A DNA stretch of 46,097 nucleotides, taken from assembly GCA_947628895.1 (NCBI GenBank), contig CANRBS010000005.1:1-46097 (forward strand), written 5' to 3'. Origin of the DNA: an uncultured Bacilli bacterium. Lineage in GTDB: Bacteria; Bacillota_I; Bacilli_A; RF39; UBA660. How positions within the stretch are numbered: the stretch's first letter is position 1; every line of letters starts with the position of its first letter. The notes beneath the pieces were generated by a model. The model did not search any database, was not told where the DNA came from, and saw only the letters and a list, made by a program, of their open reading frames with translations. Below, one piece after another: positions 10,158 through 19,213 of this stretch. The position numbers and the translations under genes were made by a program.

Positions 10158-10880
10158 ATGGATGATATAATTGAATACTTATCAAATTTATTAGGAGAAA
10201 TAAATATTAAAAAGCTAATATTTCCAACAATAATTATAATTTTATTTATAGGTTCTTTTACTTATTTATTTTATACAATTAAAAATATTGAAAAAAATAA
10301 TAACAATATTGAAAGTAATATTATAAAAGAATCTAGTACAACAAAAGAAGTAAAAGAATATATTTATGTAGATGTAAAAGGTGAAGTTGCAAATCCAGGA
10401 GTATATAAATTAAATAATAATTCAAGAGTAATTGATGCAGTGGAAGCATCTGGTGGTATAACTGATAAAGCAAATACTAGATTTATTAATTTATCTAAAT
10501 TATTAGAAGATGGAGATGTAGTAGTAGTATATTCAAATACTGAAATAGAGACCGCTAAAAAAGAAAATATAGTTTATGTTGAAACTCCATGTGTATGTGA
10601 AGAAGTAAAAAATGATGCTTGTTATAATGAAGAAAAAGAGGAAGAAAAAAAAGAAGAACAAAAAGATAAAAATCAAAATAATACAAATACTAAAATAAAT
10701 ATAAATACTGCGAGTATTGATGAGTTAAAAACTATAGATGGTATTGGAGATGCTAAAGCAAGTGCTATAATAGAATATAGACAAAAAAATGGTAATTTTA
10801 AATCAATAGAAGATATTATTAATGTAAGTGGTATTAGTGAAACACTTTTCTCTAAGATTAAGGAAAATATTACTGTGTGA
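10158..10880 (+). CDS. comEA: competence DNA-binding protein ComEA
   Basis: N-terminal TM; YVDVKGEVANPGVY (SLBB); ININTAS..EL..IDGIG..KA HhH domain. Confidence 0.95.
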   Translation: MDDIIEYLSNLLGEINIKKLIFPTIIIILFIGSFTYLFYTIKNIEKNNNNIESNIIKESSTTKEVKEYIYVDVKGEVANPGVYKLNNNSRVIDAVEASGGITDKANTRFINLSKLLEDGDVVVVYSNTEIETAKKENIVYVETPCVCEEVKNDACYNEEKEEEKKEEQKDKNQNNTNTKININTASIDELKTIDGIGDAKASAIIEYRQKNGNFKSIEDIINVSGISETLFSKIKENITV

Positions 10881-12930
10881 TTCATTTTATATAATATTAC
10901 TATTTTTAACTATATTTTATTTATTAATATATAATTTAACATTTAAAATAGAAAGTATTTATAATATTAATGAAACTAATTTTACGGTTAAAATTATTAA
11001 TTATAAAATAGATGGAGATAAACTTAATTTAACATTAAACAATAATTTAATAGGGACATATTATTTTAAAATGGAAAGTGAAAAAAATGATTTTATAAAT
11101 AATTATTCATTAAATGATACTATTAAAATAAAAGGTAGTTTAACTATTCCAAATAATAATACAATACCAAATACATTTAATTATAAAAAATATTTATATC
11201 ATAAAAATATTAAATATATTTTAAATATTGAAAGTTTTAAAAAAATAGAAACTAATAAAAATATATTATATAAAATTAAAAATTATTTTTATAAAAGAAT
11301 TAATAATATGAAATATAATAATTATATGTTTGCATTTATTCTTGGTGATAGTACACGGATAAATAATGATAGTTATAATAATTATAAAATAAATGGTGTT
11401 ACTCATTTATTTGCATTATCTGGTCTTCATGTATCTATGTTTTCTTCAATACTTTTATTTATATTAAAAAAGTTGAAATTTAATGAAAAATTATCTTTTA
11501 TATTTAGTAGTATATTTTTATTATTTTTTTCATTTATAGCATCATTTTCTCCATCAATATTACGAGCAGTAATATTTTTTATGTTATCTAATATTAATGA
11601 AATATATTATTTTTATATTAAACCTAAAAATTTATTATATTTAACATTTATTATTTTAATATTAATTAATCCAAATTATATATTTAATACTGGATTTATA
11701 TTATCTTTTACAATTACATTTTTTATATTATTTGTAAATGAAAATATTAAAATAGATAAATATTCTTTATTAAAAATAAGTCTTTTTTCATTTTTATCAA
11801 GTCTGCCAATTATAATAAATTTAAGTTATGAAATAAATATAATTGGTTTTATTAACAATCTAATATTTATACCATTTGTAAGTTCAATAGTTTTTCCATT
11901 ATCATTAATTTGTTTGTTATTTAAAAGACTTAGTTTTATATTAAATATATTTACAAATATTATGGAAACTATTTCTTTAATTAGTACAAAGATTTTAAAT
12001 TTAACAATTTATTTTCCAAAGTTTAATATATTTGAAATAGTAGTTTATTATATCTTACTTATTTTAATAATAAAAAAATATAAAAAATTAATTTATGTTT
12101 TATTTTTATTCTTATTAATTATTTATATAAAACCATATTTTAATAAAAATACTTATGTTTATTATTTAGATGTATCACAAGGTGATAGTAGTTTAATATT
12201 AACTAAAAATAATAAAACTATATTAATAGATACTGGTGGTATTATAGATAGTAAAAAGGAAGAATGGAAGAAAAGAAATAAAGAATTTAATTTAATGACT
12301 TCAAATATTATTCCATTTTTTAAAAGTATTGGAATAAAAAAAATAGATTATTTAATTCTTTCACATGGTGATACAGATCACATGGGATATTCAATTGATT
12401 TATTAAATAATTTTAAAGTAAGTGAAGTTATTTTTAATAAAGGTTCATTTAATAATTTAGAGAGTGTTTTATTAGAATTTATTAAATCAAAAAATATAAA
12501 ATATGATAGTAATTTAAATTATTTAAATGTTGATAATATAAATTTACAATTTTTAAATACAGATATTTATGATAATGAAAATGATAATTCAAATGTTATT
12601 TATACAGAAATTAATAATTATAAATTTTTATTTATGGGGGATGCTAGTAGTAAAAGAGAAGAAGATTTAATAAATAATTATAATTTAAATAATATAGATT
12701 TTTTAAAGGTATCACATCATGGATCTAATACATCAACTAATAAATATTTTACTAGTATTATTAATCCTAAATATTCTATTATTTCAGTTGGTAAAAATAA
12801 TAGATATAATCATCCAAGTAGTGAAGTCTTGAATAATTTAGTGAATAGTAAAATTTATAGAACTGATTATAATGGTACAATTGAAATAAAATTCAATAAT
12901 AAATTAAATATAAAAACTTATTTACCATAG
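10828..12930 (+). CDS. comEC: DNA uptake channel ComEC/Rec2
   Basis: HLFALSGLHV, PSILRA, LDVSQGDS, LSHGDTDHMG, KVSHHGS, N.YNHP; exact start uncertain. Confidence 0.95.
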   Translation: MVLVKHFSLRLRKILLCDSFYIILLFLTIFYLLIYNLTFKIESIYNINETNFTVKIINYKIDGDKLNLTLNNNLIGTYYFKMESEKNDFINNYSLNDTIKIKGSLTIPNNNTIPNTFNYKKYLYHKNIKYILNIESFKKIETNKNILYKIKNYFYKRINNMKYNNYMFAFILGDSTRINNDSYNNYKINGVTHLFALSGLHVSMFSSILLFILKKLKFNEKLSFIFSSIFLLFFSFIASFSPSILRAVIFFMLSNINEIYYFYIKPKNLLYLTFIILILINPNYIFNTGFILSFTITFFILFVNENIKIDKYSLLKISLFSFLSSLPIIINLSYEINIIGFINNLIFIPFVSSIVFPLSLICLLFKRLSFILNIFTNIMETISLISTKILNLTIYFPKFNIFEIVVYYILLILIIKKYKKLIYVLFLFLLIIYIKPYFNKNTYVYYLDVSQGDSSLILTKNNKTILIDTGGIIDSKKEEWKKRNKEFNLMTSNIIPFFKSIGIKKIDYLILSHGDTDHMGYSIDLLNNFKVSEVIFNKGSFNNLESVLLEFIKSKNIKYDSNLNYLNVDNINLQFLNTDIYDNENDNSNVIYTEINNYKFLFMGDASSKREEDLINNYNLNNIDFLKVSHHGSNTSTNKYFTSIINPKYSIISVGKNNRYNHPSSEVLNNLVNSKIYRTDYNGTIEIKFNNKLNIKTYLP

Positions 12931-12941
12931 AAAGGAAAATT

Positions 12942-13829
12942 ATGAATTATTATAATGAAATAAAAAGTGAGTTAATTAATAATGAAATAACAAAGAAAAT
13001 TAAAACTTATAGTAAAAGTAAAAATGAGTTAATAACATATTATAATGTTGGAAAAATGTTGAATGAAGCAGGTAAACATTATGGTAAATATATAATTAAA
13101 GAATATTCAAAAAGATTAACTGCTGAATTAGGAAAAGGATATACATTTTCTTCACTTACGAGAATGAAAAAATTTTATTTACTTTTAGAAAAAGTTGCGA
13201 CAGTGTCGCAACAATTGTCATATGGACATTATATTGAATTGTTACCACTTAAAAATATTAATGAAATTAAATATTATATAAATATATGTGAATGTCAAAA
13301 TTTAACAATAAGAGAGTTAAGAAATAAAATAAAAAATAGTGAATATAGAAGATTAGATGAAGAAACAAAAAATAAATTAATAAACAATAAGGAAACAAGT
13401 GTTATTGATTATGTTAAAAATCCAATATTAATTAAAAGTATTGATGATTATGAAAATATATCTGAAAAAATATTACAAAAATTAATATTAGAAAATATAG
13501 AATCTTTTATGAATGAGCTTGGAAATGGTTTTTCATTCATTAGAAGTGAATATAAAATTAAAGTAGGAAATGTTTATAATTATATAGATTTACTTTTATA
13601 TAATATTAAATATAATTGTTATGTTGTAATTGAACTAAAAGTTACAGAATTAAAAAAAGAACATATAGGTCAAATTCAAATATATATGAATTATATTGAT
13701 AAAAAGATAAAGACATTTAATCAAGATAAAACTATTGGCATAATAATTTGTAAAAAAGATAATAAATATATTGTTGAATATTGCAGTGATAAAAGAATTA
13801 TAACAAGAGAATATAGTATAGTTATATGA
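12942..13829 (+). CDS. YhcG/DUF1016 PDDEXK nuclease-domain protein
   Basis: VKNP, FMNELGNGFSF, YIDLLLYN..YVVIELK, GQIQIYMNYID, TIGIIICK. Confidence 0.88.
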   Translation: MNYYNEIKSELINNEITKKIKTYSKSKNELITYYNVGKMLNEAGKHYGKYIIKEYSKRLTAELGKGYTFSSLTRMKKFYLLLEKVATVSQQLSYGHYIELLPLKNINEIKYYINICECQNLTIRELRNKIKNSEYRRLDEETKNKLINNKETSVIDYVKNPILIKSIDDYENISEKILQKLILENIESFMNELGNGFSFIRSEYKIKVGNVYNYIDLLLYNIKYNCYVVIELKVTELKKEHIGQIQIYMNYIDKKIKTFNQDKTIGIIICKKDNKYIVEYCSDKRIITREYSIVI

Positions 13830-14118
13830 CATTCTAAGATTTGTCAATAATAAATTTTTATGATATTATAGACACTACAAAAAAATTACCAATATATGAT
13901 TAAAATTAATTAAAAACAAATACGAAATTAGAATAATATATTATAGATAATTATATAATTAATATAGTTATCTTAATTATAAAGGTATAAAATCCCGTAA
14001 TTTATTTAATATAATCATCCTTCTCTTAAAATCAATTTTAGTAAACTTATTACATGTAATCCATAAAATACTTATAGAGCCACCAACCACTTAAGTGGGG
14101 AAAGTGTTTATATAGATT

Positions 14119-14154
14119 AAAGAAATTATTTCAAGTTATGAAATAGTTTCTTTT
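14119..14154 (+). terminator. intrinsic (possibly bidirectional) terminator
   Basis: aagaaattatttca-agtta-tgaaatagtttctt followed by tt. Confidence 0.7.
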
Positions 14155-14190
14155 ATTATAAACTAAGATGTAAAAATAATTATGTGCCTC

Positions 14191-14219
14191 TTGATATATA
14201 TATATATATACGATATAAT
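14191..14219 (+). promoter_or_regulatory. sigma-A promoter TTGATA-17 bp-TATAAT with (TA)8 tract
   Basis: ttgata tatatatatatatacga tataat; (TA)8 at 14195-14210. Confidence 0.75.
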
Positions 14220-14250
14220 AAGGGAGTAAAAATAGAGAAGAGGTAATCAA

Positions 14251-15999
14251 ATGAAAAATAGAAATGGTTTTACATTAGTAGAACTTTTAGCAGTCATCGC
14301 GATACTAGCAATATTAGTAATTATAGCACTTCCAAATGTTTTAAAAATGTTTAGAGATGCAAAAGTAAATACATTTACCCGTGAAGTACAAAATATAATA
14401 AGAAGTGCTGAAGATAAATATGTATCTTCTTCAATTGGAAATAAAGAAATAAGATGTTTTGATAGTAGTACAAATGTATTAAATTTAGATGGAAGAAGTA
14501 ATATATTGTATGTAGTTAAATTTAATGATAAAGGAAAAATAATAGAAATATCTGCAAGAGATGAATCAAATGAATTAATAGCAAATAATACAAATGGAAT
14601 ACAAAGAGAAGACATAGGAAAGAAATATAAAGTAAGTGAAGCAAAAACAAGTATAACTGATTGTGATGGAAATGAACTAGTAGGTGGAGAAAAATCAAAA
14701 ACAAAATACACAGAAAGTGAATTAAATGGAGCTGATCCAGTACTAGGAAATGGAATGATACCAGTAATATTATCAGATACAGGAGCAGTAACATATGCAC
14801 ATGAATATGATGAATGGTATAAATATACTGAAAAGAGATGGGCAAATGCAGTAATATTAGTAGACACACCAAGTAAAGAATACATTGCAGGAGATACAAT
14901 ATTAGAAAGTGATATAAGGGCATATTTTGTATGGATACCAAAATATAGTTATAGAATATTTAATATGGGAGATTATGATAGTGCTCAAGATACAAAACCA
15001 GAAAGTCAAATAAGAGAAATAGAGATAGAATTTGGAACAAGGACAACAAGTGAAGTAGAAGGTGAATGTATAACACCAATGGAAAGTGGATTATCAAGAG
15101 CAAGTGGAGCCACAAAAGATTGTCAAGTTGGGGACTTAATGACACATCCAGCATTTTTAAGTATACCATCAAATGGATTCTGGGTAGGAAAATTTGAAAC
15201 AGGATATAATCAAAATAGTGATACAACAAAACCTATAACTGGTGAAAATATAGCTACATGGACAAAAGCAAATGCACAAGTAAATGAAGAAAAACCAGCA
15301 AATTTAATAGTAAAGCCTACCGTATACTCATGGAGAGGTTCAATACTCTACAATTTATTTATGAATGCTTACAATTTTAATAGAAGTTTAGATAGTCATA
15401 TGATGAAGAATACAGAGTGGGGAGCAGTAGCCTACTTGTCACACTCAAAATATGGAATAAAAGATGAGGTAAGAATAAATAATAATAGTAATCTTTTAAC
15501 AGGATATGCAGCAAACGAGAAAGATGCGACAGCTAGTACAACAGAAAATTCAAAATGGAATACTAATATAGGGTATACTGCATCAACGACTGGAAATATA
15601 ACTGGTATTTATGATATGAGTGGTGGTGCTTGGGAATATATGGCATCATATATTGATGATGTAAGTCTAACAACAAGTGGAATGATAAATATTGTAACAG
15701 ACAAAACATATGAAATATATTTAGACAAATATTCAAAATTAGTTACATCATATACTTCATATAAATATAGAATCCTTGGAGATGCAACAGGGGAAATGGG
15801 ACCATTTTGGGGTAATAATTCTTCAAACTATCAAAGTACATGGTATGCTGACTATGCAACATTTCCTCATGGTTCTTCTGCTTGGTTTGGTCGTGGAGGT
15901 TACTGTACTCAAACACCTCTTACTGGTCAATTTTACTTTCATCTTAATCCTGGAGGTGTGCATGCTAATGATGGCACTCGTATGGTTCTTACTCCTTAA
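14251..15999 (+). CDS. type IV prepilin-like protein with C-terminal CLec/FGE-like variable domain (paralog 2; putative DGR target)
   Basis: NG|FTLVELL; near-identical N-terminal half to paralog 1; YDMSGGAWEY, WFGRGG..GQFYF..G...GTR. Confidence 0.85.
   Translation: MKNRNGFTLVELLAVIAILAILVIIALPNVLKMFRDAKVNTFTREVQNIIRSAEDKYVSSSIGNKEIRCFDSSTNVLNLDGRSNILYVVKFNDKGKIIEISARDESNELIANNTNGIQREDIGKKYKVSEAKTSITDCDGNELVGGEKSKTKYTESELNGADPVLGNGMIPVILSDTGAVTYAHEYDEWYKYTEKRWANAVILVDTPSKEYIAGDTILESDIRAYFVWIPKYSYRIFNMGDYDSAQDTKPESQIREIEIEFGTRTTSEVEGECITPMESGLSRASGATKDCQVGDLMTHPAFLSIPSNGFWVGKFETGYNQNSDTTKPITGENIATWTKANAQVNEEKPANLIVKPTVYSWRGSILYNLFMNAYNFNRSLDSHMMKNTEWGAVAYLSHSKYGIKDEVRINNNSNLLTGYAANEKDATASTTENSKWNTNIGYTASTTGNITGIYDMSGGAWEYMASYIDDVSLTTSGMINIVTDKTYEIYLDKYSKLVTSYTSYKYRILGDATGEMGPFWGNNSSNYQSTWYADYATFPHGSSAWFGRGGYCTQTPLTGQFYFHLNPGGVHANDGTRMVLTP
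15841..15999 (+). repeat. DGR-like variable region VR2
   Basis: 52 codons, same length as VR1 (159 nt with stop); 41 of 52 codons end in C/T. Confidence 0.65.
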
Positions 16000-16007
16000 C
16001 TTTTTAA

Positions 16008-16044
16008 AGTAGTTATTTTGAAATATTAAATAACTATTTTTTTT
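16008..16044 (+). terminator. intrinsic terminator after paralog 2
   Basis: tagttattt...aaataacta stem followed by a T-run. Confidence 0.7.
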
Positions 16045-16088
16045 ATGTTTGTCTTTTTATTTTTTTAAAAATAATTTATAATTAAATT

Positions 16089-16979
16089 ATGGATAAGGAA
16101 AAGTTTGAAAATTTAGATGTTATTAAATCTTTTAGTGATTATTTAAAAACTAAAAATTATTCTGATAATTCATATATTTCATATTTAAATGATTTATATT
16201 ATTTTTATATGTTTGTTCATAAAGATTTAGTTAAAGTAACTGAAGAAGATATTAGAGATTATTTAGATTATTTAAATTTACAAAAGGAAAAACCAACTTC
16301 TGTTAGGAGAAAAATAAGTACATTTAAAACATTTTATAAATTTTTATATTTAAATAATTATATTGATAAAAAAGATTATCCACTTGTTAAAATTGTATAT
16401 CCTAAATTAGAAAAAAGATTGCCTAAATTTGTATATTATAATGATTTACTTGAAATATTAAAAGAATCATTAAATGATAGTGATGGTATTAGAGATAAAT
16501 TAATAATTGAAATGCTTTATGCTACTGGAGTTAGAGTTAGTGAACTTGTAAATATTAAATATAGTGATATTGATTTTAATAATAGAAGAATTAGAGTTTG
16601 TGGAAAAGGAAATAAAGAAAGAGTTGTATATTATGGTGAATATGCAGAAGATGCATTAAAAGAATATATGTCTACTCATAAAAAGAATGAAGAAAATTAT
16701 TTATTTACTAATAGTAGAGGTGGTAATTTAACTGATAGAGGTGTTAGATATATAATAGATAATATAATGAATAAATTATCTATTAAAGTACATGTAACAC
16801 CACATGTTATAAGACATACATTTGCCACTGATATGTTAAATAATGGATGTGATATTAAAATAGTACAAGAATTACTGGGACACTCAAGTCTTAGAACTAC
16901 TGAAATATATACACATGTCACTAATGAAAGAATAAAAAAAGTATATTATGATTGTTTTCCAAGGAGGGAAGAGAAGTGA
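16089..16979 (+). CDS. xerC: tyrosine recombinase, XerC/XerD family
   Basis: LYATGVRVSEL, GKGNKER, PHVIRHTFAT, LLGHSSL..TEIY: complete catalytic set. Confidence 0.85.
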   Translation: MDKEKFENLDVIKSFSDYLKTKNYSDNSYISYLNDLYYFYMFVHKDLVKVTEEDIRDYLDYLNLQKEKPTSVRRKISTFKTFYKFLYLNNYIDKKDYPLVKIVYPKLEKRLPKFVYYNDLLEILKESLNDSDGIRDKLIIEMLYATGVRVSELVNIKYSDIDFNNRRIRVCGKGNKERVVYYGEYAEDALKEYMSTHKKNEENYLFTNSRGGNLTDRGVRYIIDNIMNKLSIKVHVTPHVIRHTFATDMLNNGCDIKIVQELLGHSSLRTTEIYTHVTNERIKKVYYDCFPRREEK

Positions 16980-17743
16980 ATAAATTATATTACAGATATG
17001 GAGCAATGAATTCAGGAAAAACTACATTATTATTACAAGTTGCTCATAACTATGAGGAAAGAGGAATGAAAGTATTAATATTGAAACCTGGTATTGATAC
17101 TAAAGGGGATAATAAAATAGTTACAAGAATAGGACTTGAAAGAGAAGTAGATTATTTAATACATCCAGATGAAGATTTATCTATTTATTTAAAATCTATA
17201 AGTAATGATATTTCATGTGTACTTGTAGATGAATCACAATTTCTATCAAAAGAACAAATAGATGAATTATATAAATTTACTAAATTAAAAGACATATCAG
17301 TAATATGTTATGGTCTTAGAAGTGACTTTAAAACTAATGCATTTCCTGGTAGTAAAAGATTATTTGAAATTGCAGATGTTATGGAAGAGATGTATACTAC
17401 ATGTAGATGTGGAAAAAGAGCTAAATTTAATGCTAGAATTGTAAATGGAGAGTTCACATCAAGTGGAGAACAAGTTGCAATTGACGGAGAAAATGAAGTT
17501 AAGTATGAATCATTATGTGGTAAATGTTATTTAGAAAAAGTACTTAAAATAACTAATTATGATTATAATAAAGAAAATAATAGTATTAAAGATAGATTAA
17601 TTGCTTATAAAGAAGAATTAGAAAAAAATAATAAAGAAAGTTCTAGTACATTAAAAAAATATAGAAAATCAATACTTGTTAAAATAAGAAATGAATTAAG
17701 TGAAAACTTACATAAAAATGATTATACTAGAAAACTAAAATAG
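16976..17743 (+). CDS. tdk: thymidine kinase, copy 1 (C-terminal extension)
   Basis: YGAMNSGKTT, VDESQFL, YGLRSDF, Zn-binding CRCG..LCGKC; GTG start at 16976 after AGGAGG. Confidence 0.93.
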   Translation: MNKLYYRYGAMNSGKTTLLLQVAHNYEERGMKVLILKPGIDTKGDNKIVTRIGLEREVDYLIHPDEDLSIYLKSISNDISCVLVDESQFLSKEQIDELYKFTKLKDISVICYGLRSDFKTNAFPGSKRLFEIADVMEEMYTTCRCGKRAKFNARIVNGEFTSSGEQVAIDGENEVKYESLCGKCYLEKVLKITNYDYNKENNSIKDRLIAYKEELEKNNKESSSTLKKYRKSILVKIRNELSENLHKNDYTRKLK

Positions 17744-17752
17744 GAGGATATT

Positions 17753-18355
17753 ATGAGTAAATTATATTATAGATATGGGACAATGAATTCAGGAAAAACT
17801 ACACTTTTATTACAAGCTGCTCATAACTATGAAGAAAAAGGAATGAAAATATTAATTTTAAAACCTAAAGTTGATACTAAAGGAAATGATAAAATAATAT
17901 CAAAATTAGGTCTTAAAAGAAAAGTAGATCATTTAATAAGCCAAGATGAAAAATTAAGTACATATTTAAATAATATAGATAAAGCCGTATTTTGTATATT
18001 TGTAGATGAAGCTCAATTTTTAACTAGAGATCAAGTAGATGAATTATTTATGTTTACTAAATTAAAAGATAGACCAGTTATTTGTTATGGACTTAGAAGT
18101 GACTTTAAGACTATTTCTTTTCCAGGCAGTTTAAGATTATTTGAAATAGCTGATGATATGGAAGAATTACATACAATATGTAAATGTGGAAGAAGAGCTA
18201 GATTTAATGGAAGAATAGTAAATGGAGAGTTCACTTCAAGTGGAGATCAAGTAGCAATTGATGGTGAAAATGAAGTTAAATATGAAGCTTTATGTGGTAA
18301 ATGTTATTTAGAACAAGTACTTAAAATAACAGAAGAAAAATTTAGTGAGGAATAA
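17753..18355 (+). CDS. tdk: thymidine kinase, copy 2
   Basis: YGTMNSGKTT, VDEAQFL, YGLRSDF, CKCG..LCGKC. Confidence 0.93.
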   Translation: MSKLYYRYGTMNSGKTTLLLQAAHNYEEKGMKILILKPKVDTKGNDKIISKLGLKRKVDHLISQDEKLSTYLNNIDKAVFCIFVDEAQFLTRDQVDELFMFTKLKDRPVICYGLRSDFKTISFPGSLRLFEIADDMEELHTICKCGRRARFNGRIVNGEFTSSGDQVAIDGENEVKYEALCGKCYLEQVLKITEEKFSEE

Positions 18356-18356
18356 A

Positions 18357-18815
18357 ATGAATAATAAAGGATTTTCATTATTACAAATATTATTAATTTT
18401 AGTACTTTTAGCTATTATAATTGTAGCAGTAAAATTAAAAACAAATAATACAAATGAACAAGAAAAAGAAAATAATTCTATACTTGAAAGTACTTTTATA
18501 AGTGAAGTTACTTCAATTATATATAATGCTAAAACACAATTTTTAACAGATTCATTAAATAATAAAGTTAATTTATGTTATGATAGTAAAACAAATCCTC
18601 TTGATTTAAGTTCAAATGATAAAAAATATTATTTAAAATTAAATGATAAAGGAGAAATAATTGACTTAATTGTTCAAAATGATAAGTTTGAAATAGTTAT
18701 ACTTGATAATAATGTTATTAATATTTATGATATTGGTACTAGTTCTTCAGATAAAAAATATAAATCTACTTTAATTAATAAAGATACTGAAATATTAAAT
18801 TGTTTAAATAATTAA
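18357..18815 (+). CDS. small pilin-like protein (no Glu5)
   Basis: MNNKG|FSLLQILL; body aligns with the pilin domain of the large paralogs (TF..EV..II, CYDS.TN, LNDKG.II, terminal Cys). Confidence 0.75.
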   Translation: MNNKGFSLLQILLILVLLAIIIVAVKLKTNNTNEQEKENNSILESTFISEVTSIIYNAKTQFLTDSLNNKVNLCYDSKTNPLDLSSNDKKYYLKLNDKGEIIDLIVQNDKFEIVILDNNVINIYDIGTSSSDKKYKSTLINKDTEILNCLNN

Positions 18816-18898
18816 AATAATTCCTGTAAAAGCGAATTATTTTTTTAATCAATTTTATTAGTTTATTTTTTTAAACATATATTGTATAATTAAAGAAG

Positions 18899-19204
18899 GT
18901 GAATTTTATGGAAGATAAAATTGAGTTTAGAGATTTAAAAGAACTTTATAATAGAAGTAAACCTGCATTATATTCTAAATTAAAAGAAATTAGAAGATTA
19001 AATTTTAATTTTGTAACTATGAGAGATATATGGAATTATTTAGTAGATAATGTATGGAATAATAAAGTTAATTTAGAACTTCATGAATTAATAAATGATA
19101 TATTAAATGCTGATAATTATAAAATAAATGATTATGTTATGGAAAAATTAGATAAATTAAAAAATAATGAAGATAAAAAAGATATTGTGAACAACTTAAT
19201 CTAG
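18899..19204 (+). CDS. ComN-like post-transcriptional regulator family protein
   Basis: PALYSK..E......VT..DIWNYL...W.....LHELINDIL; directly upstream of secDF as in Bacillus. Confidence 0.65.
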   Translation: MNFMEDKIEFRDLKELYNRSKPALYSKLKEIRRLNFNFVTMRDIWNYLVDNVWNNKVNLELHELINDILNADNYKINDYVMEKLDKLKNNEDKKDIVNNLI

Positions 19205-19213
19205 GAGGAATTT

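Noticed and set aside
10828-10880. 53-nt comEA/comEC overlap suggesting a frameshift fusion
   Set aside because: No slippery site evident; more simply explained by an uncertain start codon or translational coupling
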